Counted from the first letter of the stretch, positions 17,301 to 31,381 are shown. The stretch is 64,000 nucleotides of DNA from Lytechinus pictus (GCF_037042905.1 NC_087250.1:9240001-9304000); one strand, 5' to 3'. Notes: generated from the sequence alone by a model not told the origin. Numbers and translations are program-made.

Positions 17301-18478
17301 CTGGATAATGGTGGTAATGTGGACTGCATTTACCTCGACTACCAAAAGGCTTTCGACAGTGTTCCGCATGACAGACTGCTGAAGAAACTGCATGCTTATG
17401 GTATCAAAGGGAAGATTTTGCATTGGATTAAAGCATTTATATCAAATAGGAGCCAGAGAGTAAATGTCAATGGATCCTTTTCACATCATATACCTGTTAC
17501 CAGTGGAATTCCTCAATGGAGCGTGCTCGGCCCCGTTCTCTTCATTATTTTTATGAATGATCTCCCCGAGGTTATATCTGGTAACTCATCGACAGTCAAA
17601 ATGTTTGCAGATGATACTAAACTCTACTCTTCTGTCAACAATTATAATGATGGTGAGATGTTGCAGTGTAGGAAAAGTTCAGACAGGATTTATAAAGTGC
17701 AGAAAGATGGTATGATTTCGGACATTGCATCAGTATCATCGGAGAAGGACTTGGGAGTTACTTTCGATGATAAGCTTAAGGTTAATCATCAAGTCGGAAG
17801 ACTTGTCGCTGCAGCAAATAGGAAACTAGGAATGATCAGACGTACCTTTTCATATTTTGATCAAGAAGGATTTATACTTCTGTATAAGACACTTATAAGG
17901 CCTGTCTTAGAATATTCCTCATGTGTATGGCATCCTATCTACAAAAAAGATATTGAAAAGGTGCAACGAAGAGCCACCAAACTTCTGACTTCATTAAGGG
18001 ACCTCAGCTACCCTGCACGCCTCCAAAGCATGAAACTGCCTACACTTGCCTATAGGAGACACCGATCAGACATGTTGCAGATCTTCAAATTAGTGACTGG
18101 TATTGATGACTTTTGTGCAGACCAATTCTTTACACTGTCTAGATCAAAGAGAACACGTGGACACAATTTGAAAATTCAGAAGAATCGGGTTCGTTCAAAG
18201 CTGAGACAAGGTGTATTCTCTCAGAGAGTTGTCACACAATGGAACAATCTACAAGATGAAGTTGTGAACAGTCGAACTGTCAACATGTTCAAATCACGTT
18301 TGGAAAAGGTGTGGAAAAGGTCCCTAAACATGTACAATCGAGATGAAAATTTTCTTTGTCCATGCTCTACCCATGCCACTCAGCGCCAAATAAGTTTTAG
18401 GTACCAACGTTTGGATACAGAGGGGCAAATAAGTTTTGTATAACTTTATGGCTACTTCCAAGGTAAATCCAAGGTAAA
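14312..18478 (+). mobile_element. CR1-group LINE, 5'-truncated and inactivated (APE endonuclease + reverse transcriptase)
   Basis: YSNVDSLLNK, IIALTE, GDFN, GKSDH endonuclease motifs; QHGFRKGRS, LDYQKAFDSV, GIPQWSVLGP, FADD, EKDLGV, RTRGH motifs; multiple stops and frameshifts; (CCAAGGTAAAT)2 tail. Confidence 0.92.
15028..16060 (+). mobile_element. 3' fragment of an L2/Crack-like LINE nested in the CR1 endonuclease region
   Basis: Degraded C-terminal ORF2 (HKYPTR...FEGPRLW...FKYKFKKFL), 3' UTR, AATAAA plus GAAAT-like tail; ATTACA repeated at 15022-15027 and 16061-16066. Confidence 0.85.
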
Positions 18479-18784
18479 TTACCATTGTTTAACATTTCAT
18501 GGGTCAGTCAAGCTGATCCTTACTGTCAAATATGTAAAGAATGAAATATTGTATAATTCAAACAATAAATAAACATAAACATGATCAATAGTAAGGAACA
18601 TCATCGATTTTTCCATTTGCATGTGACTAAATTGTGCATATGACTATTTGAAGAAAAAAATAAGCGAAACTTTAAAATGTCATAACTTTTTTTATATTTT
18701 ACATCTGAATTTGATGAAATTTTCAGCATTATGCTCGTCTGATTTTCTCTATTGATTTAAATCAACAATTTAAAGTTTCTGTCT

Positions 18785-20352
18785 TTTTTTTTTTTACAAA
18801 TAGTCATATTTGTCTTTGTTTCAATGTTTGAATTATAAATTCAAAACCTGGCAGGTCCCCAACCACAGTGTTCATGAGCTGTCCTGAGTCCATGCAGTTT
18901 GCAGTGAAACAAGGTATGAACAGGGAGAAGAAAAAAAGATCTTCGCGTACAGAAGTTCTAAAATACCATTCATACTTATACATAAAGTGGGTGTATCTGT
19001 GCCTTCAATATGACGATGTAAAATAATATATTGATGTGAAGTTGTGATTCCACAGGCACGCACCGAGGTGGAAGAAAGCTTTGGTGCGTGCCTGTGGAAC
19101 CATATGATTCCAAGGTTCAATGCATTTCTAGTATAATGAGAATTGACAGAACTAAATCTCGGGAACAAATCTGCGAGGTAACCTGGGGCTTCGCCCTGCG
19201 TAGAATTAAGCATAGTTTTGCACATTCAAAATCGCCATTGTTCTTAAAGTGGTACCCGATTTAATCTTGCACTCAAACACTAATGCAGTAGGTGTATTAA
19301 GATCTACCTGTAGGACCAGTCGAGCCATTCGTGGTTTGATAAAAGTGTCCTTTCAGTTTTGGTTACAGTTGTTTCAGGCATTGCAACGTTATTCGAAATG
19401 CTGTAAAACTAATGAATTTACCAATAGTTTAGCACCCAAAACTGTCATGTATTTCCGTAATCTAGCAAAAAGTGCAAGAATACAATTAAAGGTATTGTTT
19501 AACTTTGTGACCAGCCGATTTAAAAAATTCTCAAACCAAGATGAAACATGTGTACAAGTGCATGTATTAGAACTAATAAACCCTGAAAACAACCATTATT
19601 GAGAATGAAAAGCTAAAACTACAAGGCAAACCCCGATTTTGTAAATAGGCGTCTTATAGACGCCTAAATAGTACACATAAGTGTATGGGATGAAATTAAG
19701 ATGGTGTTTTCGGTCACTTTATATTTAAATTTTTGAAGCACTAAATAATTATTTTCGAACGCAATTTTTTCTGGGCTTCATTTTTGTAACATATCACAGA
19801 CACAGGTGACAAGTGTGACCTGCTAGCTCAGATTTTTTAAAAGTCAAACCAATGTTAACCAATCACTTTAACTTTTTTTACTGAGTCCACTTCCGTGAAA
19901 TTGCAAAGTGAACAAATGAAGTCTGAGATATTTGAAAGTCGATTCGACACGCTTTCAATTTTATGTTGTTCAATGACGAGGTTGAGATCGCAATTCCTTA
20001 GTGTTTGTTCGGTTCCAAATATCATATTCTGGGATTTTGTTAAATTGAGTACCAAGTGATTGTGCATTAACCAATGATTCACATTATGTAGATCTTCATT
20101 CATGACAGATTCAATATCCTGAGTATGTGTACCACTATATATGAGAGCTGCATCATCTGCGTACAATACGATTTCATACTTATTAATAATATTAGTAATA
20201 TCGTTCACCATAATCGAAAATAAGAGGGGCCCCAAGATAGACCCTTCGGGCACCGCACTACAAACTTCTGCAGTTTCAGATGATGCCCCTATTACAAAAG
20301 TTCGTTTAGTTTTGCCTTTCAGATATGCACTTAACCATTGTTTATTAGGCAT
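18785..20352 (-). mobile_element. Degraded L2/Crack-like LINE fragment (RT and C-terminus), interrupted at ~19600-19900
   Basis: VPEGSILGPLLF and YADDAALIY motifs, followed by degenerate C-terminal ORF pieces. Confidence 0.85.
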
Positions 20353-20431
20353 ATAATAATATTTTTAACCTCCGTGGCTTGTTCATTCTCATTATGTTTT
20401 ATCCTAAAGCGGTAGAATACGATTGGTAGCC

Positions 20432-20467
20432 ATGCAGCCTGTTACAATAGTGGAAAATCACCCTCAG
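20432..20467 (+). CDS. MS4A/CD20-like tetraspan membrane protein, coding exon 1 (MQPVTIVENHPQ)
   Basis: Acceptor tcctaaag|C at 20409/20410, ATG in GCCATG context at 20432, strong donor CAG|gtgagt after 20467; phase 0 matches the next exon. Confidence 0.75.
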
Positions 20468-20939
20468 GTGAGTGCTATTATACATGTATTTAATATTAAT
20501 TACACCCTAAACAACAAATAAAAAATAAGTAAGACATAAAACACGGAATGAATTTTAACATCAATAAGACCCAAATCATAGAATGAATATCAAAATTAAT
20601 TATACGTAGATCATGTAATAATTTGTAGCATCAATAAAACATAAATCAAGAAATAATATTTAATATCAATAATAAATAGAACATGGAATAAAAGTTAATA
20701 TTAATAATACAAAAAACTTGGAGTAGTATTTAACGTAATGTTTATAAAAAAACATGTAATGAAATTTGATATACAAAACATGATATAAAGTTTCAAATCG
20801 ATAATACTAAAAACATGGAATGAAACGTATTATTAATATTACACAAAACAAGCTATGAAATGTGATATCAATAGAACAGAGAATAACATTTATCATATCC
20901 TCTTGTGAATATTCATGAGTATTCTAGTCTCTAGATAAT

Positions 20940-21273
20940 GGAGGAGCCGTGGTGTAGTGGTTCTGACTCTCGCCTTGTAAACAGAGAGTTGTGTGTTTGA
21001 ATCCCACCGCGGTCTGGCGTCATTTGGCAAGGCGTTAATCCACACTTTGCCATGCACTCTCGACCCAGGTGATAAATGGGTACCCGGTAGGATGTGAAAG
21101 TCATTGTACATGTAGCTTGTCCAGTACTGTGTGCGCCTCACAGGAATACTCCCCAGGGAGTGGGAATGACTGATTGAATCCGATCACCGGGGTAATTATA
21201 TATCTGTAAAGCGCTTAGACACGTCGTCCCGATGTATTAAGCGCTATATAAAAAAGCGGATTATTATTATTAT
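20940..21273 (+). mobile_element. tRNA-derived SINE (second family)
   Basis: A box TGGTGTAGTGG, degenerate B box, aaatgggtacccggtagg core, aagcgctatata...(ATT)n tail; 5'-truncated copy at 54036-54315. Confidence 0.8.
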
Positions 21274-21671
21274 AAACGATGGGTCAGTTCGCGATCATGT
21301 GACAAAGTATAATTTCAATAGGAAAACGCATCGCTCCAAATAGCTCCGATGTTCAATTTTCGATATCCTTTCATGGGGAGAACTGGGCATGCTTATGCTA
21401 TTATGTTTTATGACTCAACGTTGAACTGTACATGGTCCCTGACTTCACCGGATCCAGATCCGTACCGTTTATCCGCAGCATAAATAAATTTAAAAAAATA
21501 CAAACTTTCGCTAAAATAACCGGCAATCTGAGAAGTCTGTGTGGAATTAGGTCTACATTATCATGCAGAAAATATAATTCCATGACGGCCATCCTTACAT
21601 GATTAGTAAATTGTGAATAAGCATACCTAATAAGGTGAGTCAAGATCCGATACTGTAGAGTTTATAATAAA

Positions 21672-22445
21672 AACTAGAAATTTAACGTGTCCAAAGAACA
21701 CAAATGTCCCCGCTTAACGCGATCATAATTTCATACAATATGATTGAACTTAATATCGTGCAGAAGCCAATATGCATATATATAACAAATTTAGACCTTT
21801 GAACCAACTCGCATATATGATGAGCTGTGACCTTTGACCTACGGACTCCGAATTCGAATTTAGCCTTTGTTTCGTTGTCATCTATCTTCAAACCCATTTT
21901 TTTTTAAATCTGTTGAATATTTCATAAGTTATCATGCGGAATTCAACTCGCATATTTAATGAGCTGTGACCTTTGACCTGCGGACTATGAATTCGAACTT
22001 AGACTGTATTTTGGTGTCATCTTCCTACACACCCACACCCACATTTTTTTTTTTTGTGGAATATTTGTTGAGTTATTTCGCGGAAACCAACTCGCATATC
22101 TAATGAGCTGTGAAATTTGACCTGCGGACTCCAAATTCAAACTTAGCCTGTATTTTAGGGTCATCTACCTAAACATTCACATTTTAAAAATCCATTGAAA
22201 ATTGTTTGAGTTATTGCGCGGAAACCCACTCATATATTTAATGAGCTGTGACGTACCTTTGACCTGCGGACTCGGAATTCGAACTTAGCCTGTATTTTGG
22301 TGTCATCTATCTACACACCAACAATTTTTGATATCCATTAAATATGTTTCGATCTATTGCGCGGAAACAAAGTGGGGGGGGGCGGACGGACGGACAGGGA
22401 CAACGCTTAATGCCCCCTCCGGACTTCGTCTGCGGGGCATGGAAA
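21672..22445. mobile_element. Second Helentron/DINE-like family with ~140 bp tandem units and (GGAC)n
   Basis: About four units containing atgagctgtgacctttgacct, a (ggac)n run, terminal hairpin atgcccc...ggggcat, A-run flanks. Confidence 0.65.
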
Positions 22446-22824
22446 CGATAATATAATAATCATTAATAATAACATAACAATTAGTAATCCTCGGCTGGCC
22501 TTGCAATCAAAGGTAATATTCGAACAGTCGCACGAATATGACAACACATTGATTTTTGTATATACAACACACGATATGTAGATATAGTCTAGACCATATT
22601 ATGACACTTAGATTGATTCTTGGCATTTGATTTTTTCTTTAAAAAAGTGCACACCTAGTTACCAATAAAGCATATAGCATTACCATTTATTTGAAAACAG
22701 GATAAAAGAGCATTGTAGATTAAATGCCTTGCTCACGGGCCGGGGGTCGAACCCCGGACTTTCCATGTATAGCCAGGCGCCTAATTATACCACTCTGCTA
22801 CGGCACCTCCACTGCGGACTCCAA

Positions 22825-23221
22825 ATTTGATTTTTATTGTTTGAATTATACAATATTAATTTTTTTGCAGATTTGACAATATGACTGAACCAAAACTTGT
22901 TAAACAATATTAATTCCACATGTTCAGGGAGAAATACAATTTTATTTCACATGAAAATGAGGAGAAAATTAAAATATTTCATATTTCGTTTAATAAAATA
23001 CAAAAGAGATAGTGAGTTGGTGATGCCATCAGTCCCCTCAATTGCATATCCGACCAGGATGTGCATATAACTGTTTTGTAAAATTAGGCACAACTTGAAA
23101 ATGTCATAACTTTCGATCATATTTTACATCCGAATTTGGTAAAATTTTCAGCGTTATATTTGTTGGATTTTTCTATTTTTATTCAAATTAACTTTATGTT
23201 GGGAGTAGATTTGTCCGTTAA
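22825..23221. mobile_element. Partial Kolobok-like MITE, preceded by a reverse SINE fragment (~22690-22810)
   Basis: Colinear with the right two-thirds of 57826-58420. Confidence 0.65.
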
Positions 23222-23514
23222 GAAAGATACATGCCGGCGTATACCGTATCCACCGGTTGAACCAGATCTGTAGCTACATCTACACCGGCTCTCTTGCTTG
23301 AGCGTGCAATAGTCGATGATTGCACGGGTCTAGTACATGTTTCGGCGTGCTACAGCTTATTCCTCTGAATGAAATGTGAAGCGCATTCATCCAATCAAGA
23401 ATCCATGTGCTGTCTATAATATGATATCAATAATACACCAAGTCACACACCCACACATAAATGCTTGCCTTTTCACTTTTTATTTTCACCTTTATTTTGT
23501 GATAATTTTCCCAG

Positions 23515-23700
23515 CGGGAGGGCTATGCCGAGAACTACAGCCTAGGGGGTGCCACATGTGCCTCTGTGATGCTATTGCTATACGCCATAGGGGTGACGGT
23601 GTGTGGAGGTGTTAGATATATCGCAGATGCGACAGGTGCGATTATTTTACCCCCATCTACCATATCATACGATCAGATCTGCGCCTTCGCTCTCGGAGGG
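23515..23700 (+). CDS. MS4A/CD20-like protein, coding exon 2 (TM1 and start of TM2)
   Basis: Long pyrimidine tract and ttcccag| acceptor, 186 nt open frame REGYAENYSLGGATCASVMLLLYAIGVTVCGG...QICAFALGG, donor GGG|gtaagt; phase 0-0. Confidence 0.88.
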
Positions 23701-25247
23701 GTAAGTTAGTATACCAACCACCCCTTCCCATTTCTCCCCCAATCCTTAGCCAACGGGGGGGGGGGGGGGTACAGGGGGATCTAGCTTTTGCCAATTAAGG
23801 GGGGGGCGGAAAAATATTTTCATCCACCTCCCTGAATTGCCGCTAAAAGCAGATTTTTTAAAGGGGTATTCCAAACTGAAGACTGACGTTTTCTTCTTAT
23901 TCTTCTTCCATCGTGTTCCTCTTCTTTTTCTTCTTATTCGTCTTCTTCTTCTTCTTTCTCCTTCACCTTCTCCCAACCCCCCCCCATTGTTCCCTTAACA
24001 GACTTTAATTCCCCAATGTATTCTACTTTTAATTCCTTACAAATATGATTCCAATTGCAATATATACATGTTATTATACGCTTATTCCGACGTTGTCTGA
24101 ATGAAATGTGAATTTGCTAAACTGAATTCCCTACAATGTATTGTTTACGCTCAAACTTTAGCTGTCTGCTTAAAATTGTATTCCCGAACCAAAATATTGT
24201 GTTATATGACACTTTAATATTGTATTCTCATTTTATTATTTCTTACGGTACTTACAATAGTCGTTTGCTCCCTGCAGAAACGTATTTCAATAATATAATA
24301 TAAGCTAAATGCATTTTATATGATTTTACGTGCAAATTCTTGTGAAATAATAATTTTTAGAGCCCATTTACAAGATGCTGCTAATATACATGTATACTCA
24401 CGACTTAGAGCAAATGGGTATATCCCAACCTCCCCTGATTATGATAGTTTATCGTTATTATCGGTATCAAATATAATAATATTATTATTGTTATCATCAT
24501 CATCATCATCGTCGCCCCAATCTTCATCGTGATCAGCATCATCATCATTTTCATCGTTATCACCAATATCATCATCATCGTTACTCTCTTTAGTCACGTT
24601 AGTAGAAGTAGTAGTAATGAAAGAAGTAATATTGTTTTTTGTATTATCATATTAATCATTATCATTCAGTTTCAGTTTGGTTTATTTTCATTTCAACTCA
24701 AGACAATTTAACAGCAAAAGAAATCATTACAAAGATATAAGTGAATATGCAAGTATATACAGTATGACAATATGACATAGATAAATTAATATTTACAATA
24801 GACACGAAACAATATAACCATTTTAATAATGATATTTACAATGAACTAGGTAATCATAATCATAACTGTATACTATTCATGATAAAGAATTTTGCATTTA
24901 ATTTCTTTTATTTATCTTTATTATCTAAATAAATGTTGAGGAAATGGAGGGATCCACTAAAAAGCAGGGCTTGTTGAGTGTGGATTCCTCATTACCCAGT
25001 ATTATTAGGCTACTGTTATTATTGTTGTTGTTGATATCTGTATCTTTATCACGATCAACATCAATATCATCATGTATCATTGTTTCTATATCATCAATGT
25101 ACACATTTCTACCATCAACGACCCTCTCGTTTTTACCGGAAGTACATGCGAGAGGAACCGACATCAAAGTTCCCTAAAAGTTGTCAAGGTCGTAATTTTT
25201 TACCGACTCTTTAATTATTAAATCAATGTCTTCCTCGTTCTATCCAG

Positions 25248-25304
25248 CTTTATCTTTTAACTTCAATCATCGGATTTGGAACAGCGTGTAGGAACATGTG
25301 CATG
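25248..25304 (+). CDS. MS4A/CD20-like protein, coding exon 3 (57 nt, rest of TM2: LYLLTSIIGFGTACRNMCM)
   Basis: ttctatccag| acceptor, ATG|gtaatt donor, phase 0-0; same size and position as the 19-codon TM2 exon of CD20 as I recall it (YIISGSLLAATEKNSRKCL|V). Confidence 0.85.
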
Positions 25305-28275
25305 GTAATTATGTTTCTTTTATCTGCTCTTAATTGTTTAGTCGGTCACAAATACCGTTAGGAACCGCTGCGAACGTCGTACGAACGATTCTTAGACCCG
25401 ATTCGGAAGACATTCTCAAGAATGCTACACGAAACCAGCGTTCGCAGACCGTTCGTAGATTGTTCGTAGGTTCGCCGCTGGGTTAATGGTTCCTTCCAAG
25501 ATTTTTTTTGCAGTAAACGTTGTACGCTGGCCAGTAGTAATAAAGTCATAACCATGCGAGCTTTTGTAGGTTTGAGAGTCCATATTAATTCCAACACCTT
25601 TAACTTTTACAGTGATCGTATAAACGCCTTCAGTTGATGTGTATAGAGGGCTTTTACGGCCTTATCAAAAACTTAGGCTTTACGAATAATCGTTCGGCAC
25701 TCTTACGATCGACCTCTTGTAAGGTGTTCGCAAAAACTCGTAAGGAGTGGGTGGGTACACAAAAAAGCGACTGTTGAGTAAAATTCTCTCATGAGTATCG
25801 TGAGTTTCACGTACGGCAATCTTGTGACAATATCAATCATAACATGGCCGTACGTTTGACGAAAGAATAAGAAAGAATTTGAATAGGAAATGGGAATGCA
25901 GGTTATTGCCGTTTCCTCAACTTTTATTAACCCGTTTGAGTTGGCATATTCAATTCAACTTCAATACAACACTGTCATTTATATGAAAATCATGTAAAAA
26001 CATTTTCAAATATCCGTTCGAATTTTAGCAGTAGCATATTCCAAATTCTATAACATATAAAAGAGTTAGTCCAAATCATTAATGTTTTATTGAGTATGTA
26101 TCCGACCGAAACAAATTGCCAAAATCACAATATTTTTTTTTTATCTACTCGAATTTTAGTTGGTATGGACATTTTTACTGATCGGACAAATACTTACCAA
26201 AACAGTGTTTACTTTGACCAATACTTTTTATGAGTGGAAGGAAATATTTCATGGGGTACTTTAAGAAAAATTGACATAAGATCGTCTTCCTTTGAAATAT
26301 GGGGAAGGACCTCCCGTGATCCCAGAAAACTTTTTTAAAAATGTCATGGATAATAAATTAATTTGAAATAGAAAGCTTGATAAAGCTGTATATGCTCTAA
26401 AGCTTTGTCTTCCTTTCAATCTATACACACCTTTGAGAGTCTTTCTGAGGGAGGATTAATAACTTGTATTCATTTATTTCTTTTCAACCTTTGCCGAGTA
26501 TTAAAAGACATTACTGTGGCTGACTATACAGATAATGACAAAGCAAATGAATCGTTATAGTTATAATTCCTAACTACATGTATCTACCTTCCCCAAAATT
26601 AGAGGTAGCATGCGTGCCGACAAAAGACGTAGAAAAAATAAAAAAATATATATACAAAAAATGAGCACAGCTTCAAAGCCATCAAGGGTTGTCCCTTTTT
26701 ATGCCTTTGCATTGAATGATCATTCACGCGTACGGCTCAGCAAAACGTTCCTGGATCGAGTCGCCGATTGGTCTACCAGCTAAATATGATTGTTATTCTA
26801 TTTCATAATATTTAAATCATAATATTTTGATCATTGAATGATTGGTCACACTGCTTTGGAAACAAATAAGGGGTGCTGGTTTGTTAAAACAAGACCAAGA
26901 AAAAAGGGTTTCACTTCGATATGACCATGACGACAAAGGAGTCTGTTCAGAAAAAAAAAGACGACAAGAAAAAAAAAATAGATAATAAAGTATTTTCTGT
27001 CCCAAAATTAAGAAGATTAGCGTCAAATCTCTACATTTTAGCATACCAACCTATTTTCTAGAGGTACTGCTTGTGGTATACAAAATACCCAACAGCACTC
27101 CCACTTCCCAGGCTATGATCATCCAGGTGTTTTTATTTAATATCATATTGGATGCAGCAGTAAAGGTCCAGGGCATGGTCCAGGGTCTCTACTTTTATAG
27201 AATCCGAACCAGACCCTCGATTGAACCCAAATTGGTGAGTCCAGGCAAAACACGAATTGTATTGATTTCCATAAGTTACAAAGTCAGTGCCGAACCTGGG
27301 AATGCATGCTTATTGTCATTTAAATATTTGAATAGAATGATACAGCCAACATACAAATAAGGACAAAATATGTAACCACAATCGTTCGTGACAATATTAA
27401 CGTCTAAGCTTTTCCTCGTGGCCCCCAAATCCCTCTTTGTCTCTCCACTTTTCTCACGTTTAGTATTTACCCATTTCATCAGTAAACCTGGTAGTTTTGG
27501 ATCAAAAGAACCAGTCAGACAGAAAGGAATGTAATTCAAAAAAGAGAAGTATGAAAGGTTCAGTTTCATTTTGCTTCTGATGATTTGAAGGAAAAATATA
27601 TTTCTTTTTATTTCATTTAAAAAGGCCTCAATGTACAACGCAACCAAATCCGTTAATATCATGTTAGGCCAATAACGAAAATTATGATATGATGAAAAGC
27701 ATAACCGTGCTATGCACTGAAGGCAACTGAAAAAGGGAGGAAATTATGATGCATTGGGTCAGTTGCATAAAAAGTAGCAATTGCTTTTTCTTGGCTTTTG
27801 TTTTACTTTTGATTAATTCCGTAGGCTATGCATGAACATGAGCAAGCATAATGCTTTTGCTACTAAGTTCAAGAAATCGTTAACCGACTGCTAGATTTTC
27901 CTTGAGGATTTAGCTATTGCTAAAAATCGTATGCATTAAGCAAACGTTTCGCTTGTGCGTTTAAGCACTTGCTTTTTTTTCAAGCTCGGTCAGAACAGCT
28001 TGAGCTTTTGTTTGATCAGGGCGTTCACGTTGTTTTAATCATATTCCCCACTTTTCGCTGTGCAACACAGATGGACTTCACGGCGGTATATTGATTTTGG
28101 ACTTTAAGGCCCGTCGTAAAACACTATCCTGCAATGTATGTTATGTGACATTTTTCGTTTCGCATCTGCAACGGAAACATTCAATCTGCACTTACGTGAG
28201 CAGAATTCTGGTTGCTACTTTGGTAACAGCGATATATCCGATTCAGGACGACTTTCCAGAGCCACATTTGGTTCC

Positions 28276-28577
28276 TCCCAGAGCTCGAGAGGCCGCCCGG
28301 GGCGCCCACTTCCATTGACGAGTGGATACCAGGTGCGACCACGCGTAAACAGGGAAAGAGTGGGCAAATACGTTACGTATAGGCCTATGTAACGTTATAA
28401 GGGTGTCAAAACGGTGTTTAAAACTACTGAAAAAGGGATATATTTTCACAAGACAAATACTTGTTAAGGGATGCATATTCATAATCAGGAAAAGATTTGC
28501 TTCCTTGTTTAGGGTGCTTTTCGAAACCCCATGGTCGCGCCTGGTATCTACTCGTCAATGGAAGTGGTCCCCCCGGG
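28276..28577. mobile_element. ~300 bp MITE inside the left foldback arm (mirror copy at 31479-31800)
   Basis: cccgggg..ccacttccattgacgagtggataccagg / cctggtatctactcgtcaatggaagtggtccccccggg TIRs. Confidence 0.8.
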
Positions 28578-30364
28578 AATTTGAATCTAATCCCCCATTT
28601 CGGGGGAAAGTAAAACATAATGTCCATTACATTGTGTGCTAGAGGCTTATCGTTTATGTACGAGGAGCAAGCAAAAAAAAATGCAAATTCGGATGGTTTT
28701 CAGACGGATATGCCTATTGCATATGCTGTGTACATATCAACACTTCTGCAGCCTGCAGTATACATAGTCTGCTATGCAGACTCGTTGAATCAGCTGAGGT
28801 ACACACACTGCAGATGTGGGTCTACATTTGTAGACTAAGCTGCCATAGTCACGATATTACAGCCCCGCCGCGGGCCCAGTCGGGCATATTATATGATGAC
28901 CAGACGTACATGCATGAAAGCGGGATTTTAACAATTTGGAATGGCATGCATGGTGTTGCATGAAATGATTTTGCAGAAAGCAGATCTATAGGACTTGTAA
29001 CACAAAGCTTAGCAATGATTGCAGAACAGTTTTTTATGGTCGATTCTATTATGTACAATCAATGTTAAAAAAATCGAGTCTATGATTAATCGTTAACCTT
29101 CGTGTTGCCTGACCCTAATGTCGCGTCCCCGATGTTTGCGAAACTCGCTATTTATGCACCTGAGAGAGTACCCTTAGGTCTACCGTATCTAGCTCTACAA
29201 ACATGTACATGTTTTCTTCCTAAAAAGTGCAAATCAAATGCCAAATATATAAATCTATTAAAAAAGAAAGAAGTTAGTTTGACACCACATGTGAGGAAAC
29301 GATGTTATTTGAAAGAAGCGGTAATTTGCAATGCCTTTGCGTTCGACCCTGTGAGTTGTGTTTGCACTAGCGAGACGTCGCTATTTTTCAAACCGCTAGC
29401 AATTGCTTTGTGAAGGCAAGAAAATGGTTCAACCACTAGCAAAGGGTTATGCATATGAAATCAAGCATTTGCTTGGCTAGCTATATGCATAAAAAGTAGC
29501 AATTACTGGTAAGCAATTGCTTCAAGCACAAGCAATAGCGAGCCAAGCAAAAGATTATGCTTCAGCAATTGCTTTATTTCATATGCACAACCCTTTGCCA
29601 GTGCTGAACCCTTTTGTTCTCTTCATAAAGCAATTGCTAGTGGTTCGAACAATAAAGCGACGTCACGCTGCAGAGCGCTGGTGCGAACACGCTCACAGGA
29701 AAGGCAGGACTTGAACGCAAAGGCGTGGCAGTGCAATTTTCAGCGTCTTTCCTATAATAGCCACCTTTCGCAATCATCACGGACGCTAATATTAGGGTCC
29801 CCTAACACAAAAGTTAACGCTTAATCATACACTTGATTTTTAAGATTGATTGTACATTATAGTCAATAGAATCAAACGTAGAAAACTGCTCTACAATCAA
29901 TGCTAAGCTTTGTGTTACAGGGGGGTTACAGGCCCTACAGATCTGCTTTTCGTGTGCAAAATTCTTTCCCGCGACACCCGCACCATACGCATGTACATTA
30001 CGACTGATGGTCATCATCGAGCCTCTACTATGATAGCTGGCTGGAGATATTCGAAATGTAGGGCCCACAATAGATTATGACATGGATAAGAAAGTGGTTT
30101 TTCAAACAAATCGAGAACATATTGAGTGAGGAAAAACTTACTGAATTAAGGCTTAGATATAGATCATTACAGTCCATCGAATCGATATTGCATTTAATGT
30201 GGATTATTGGTGGATCTCTGGCAATCGATTCCATGGGTCAGATCACCTCTCCAGCCGAAAGTATTTCGTACGCGTTGATTATGTACACAGCATGAATACG
30301 TCTGAACATGGACCTATTACGTGATAGGTCCATGGTCTGAACACGTACCAGCCGAAGTTTCGGG

Positions 30365-31381
30365 TTTTTTGTCTCACCTGCATAGCAGAGTGAGACAATA
30401 GGCGCCGCTTTTCCGACGGCGGCGGCGGCGTCAACACCAAATCTTAACCTAAGATTAAGTTTTTGAAATGACAGCATAACTTAGAAAGTATATGAACCTA
30501 GTTCATGAAACTTAAGCAATAGATTAATCAAGTATTACTAAACATCCTTCCTAAGTTTCATGTCACATGACCAAAATCAAAGGTCATTTAGGGTCAATGA
30601 ACTTAGACCATGTTGGGGGAATCAACATCAAAATCTTAACCTAAGGTTAAGTTTTTGAAATGTCATCATAACTTAGAAAGTATATGGACCTAGTTCATGA
30701 AACTTGGACATAATGTTAATCAAGTATTACTGTACATCCTGCTTGAGTTTCACGTCACATGACTAAGGTCAAAGGTCATTTAGGGTCAATGAACTTTGGC
30801 CAAATTGGGTGTATTTGTTGAATTACCATCTTAACTTTGAAAGTTTATCGGTCTCGTGCATAAAACTTGGACATAAGAGTAATCAAGTATCACTGAACAT
30901 CCTGTGCGCATTTCAGGTCACATGACCAAGGTCAAAGGTCAATTAACTTTGGCCACAATGGGGGTATCTGCTCAATTACCATCATAACTTTGAAAGTTTA
31001 TGGATCTGATTCATGAAACTTGGATATTAGAGTAATCAAGTATCACTGAACATCCTGTGCAAGTTTCGCGTCACAAGATCAAGGTAAAAGGTCATGTAAG
31101 GTCATTGAACTTTGGCCATTTTAGAGGTAATCATTAGATTGCGGTCATTACTTTCAAATTTTATAGATATAGTGTATAAAATATGGATATAGGGGTAATC
31201 AAGTTTCACTGACAAGTTTTAGGTCACATGATCAAGGTCAAATGTCAATGAACGTGGTATTGTTTCATTATATGAATAGTGTTTTTGTGAATAATTATTT
31301 GATAGTAGTTTTCAAAGTCAGCACTGCTGCTATATTGAATCGCGTGATGCAGGTGAGACCGCCGGAGTCATTCCACTTGTT
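30365..31381 (+). mobile_element. Helentron/DINE-1-like element (same family as 11825-13002) inserted in the right foldback arm
   Basis: GTCTCACCTGCA (30371) / TGCAGGTGAGAC (31348), inserted in a T run; absent from the mirror position in the left arm. Confidence 0.8.

Larger units (their letters stand above)
14043..18772. mobile_element. Kolobok-like MITE split into 14043-14311 and 18479-18772 by a LINE insertion
   Basis: Joining the halves (cctgaacgtgcagaa|ttaccattgtt) matches the reverse complement of the intact copy at 57826-58420. Confidence 0.75.

Noticed and set aside
17139..18443. Functional reverse transcriptase gene or retron-like system
   Set aside because: Part of a decayed CR1 LINE: upstream frameshifts and stops, PQW instead of PQG, and an apparent deletion after FADD.
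21560..21641. Extra exon ending at AAG|gtgagt (also CAG|gtgagt at ~36265)
   Set aside because: No convincing acceptor with an open phase-0 frame, and the protein is complete without it.
23515..23615. ORF-track frame GGLCRELQPRGCHMC for exon 2
   Set aside because: It stops at 23615; the other frame is open to the gtaagt donor at 23701 and encodes TM1.
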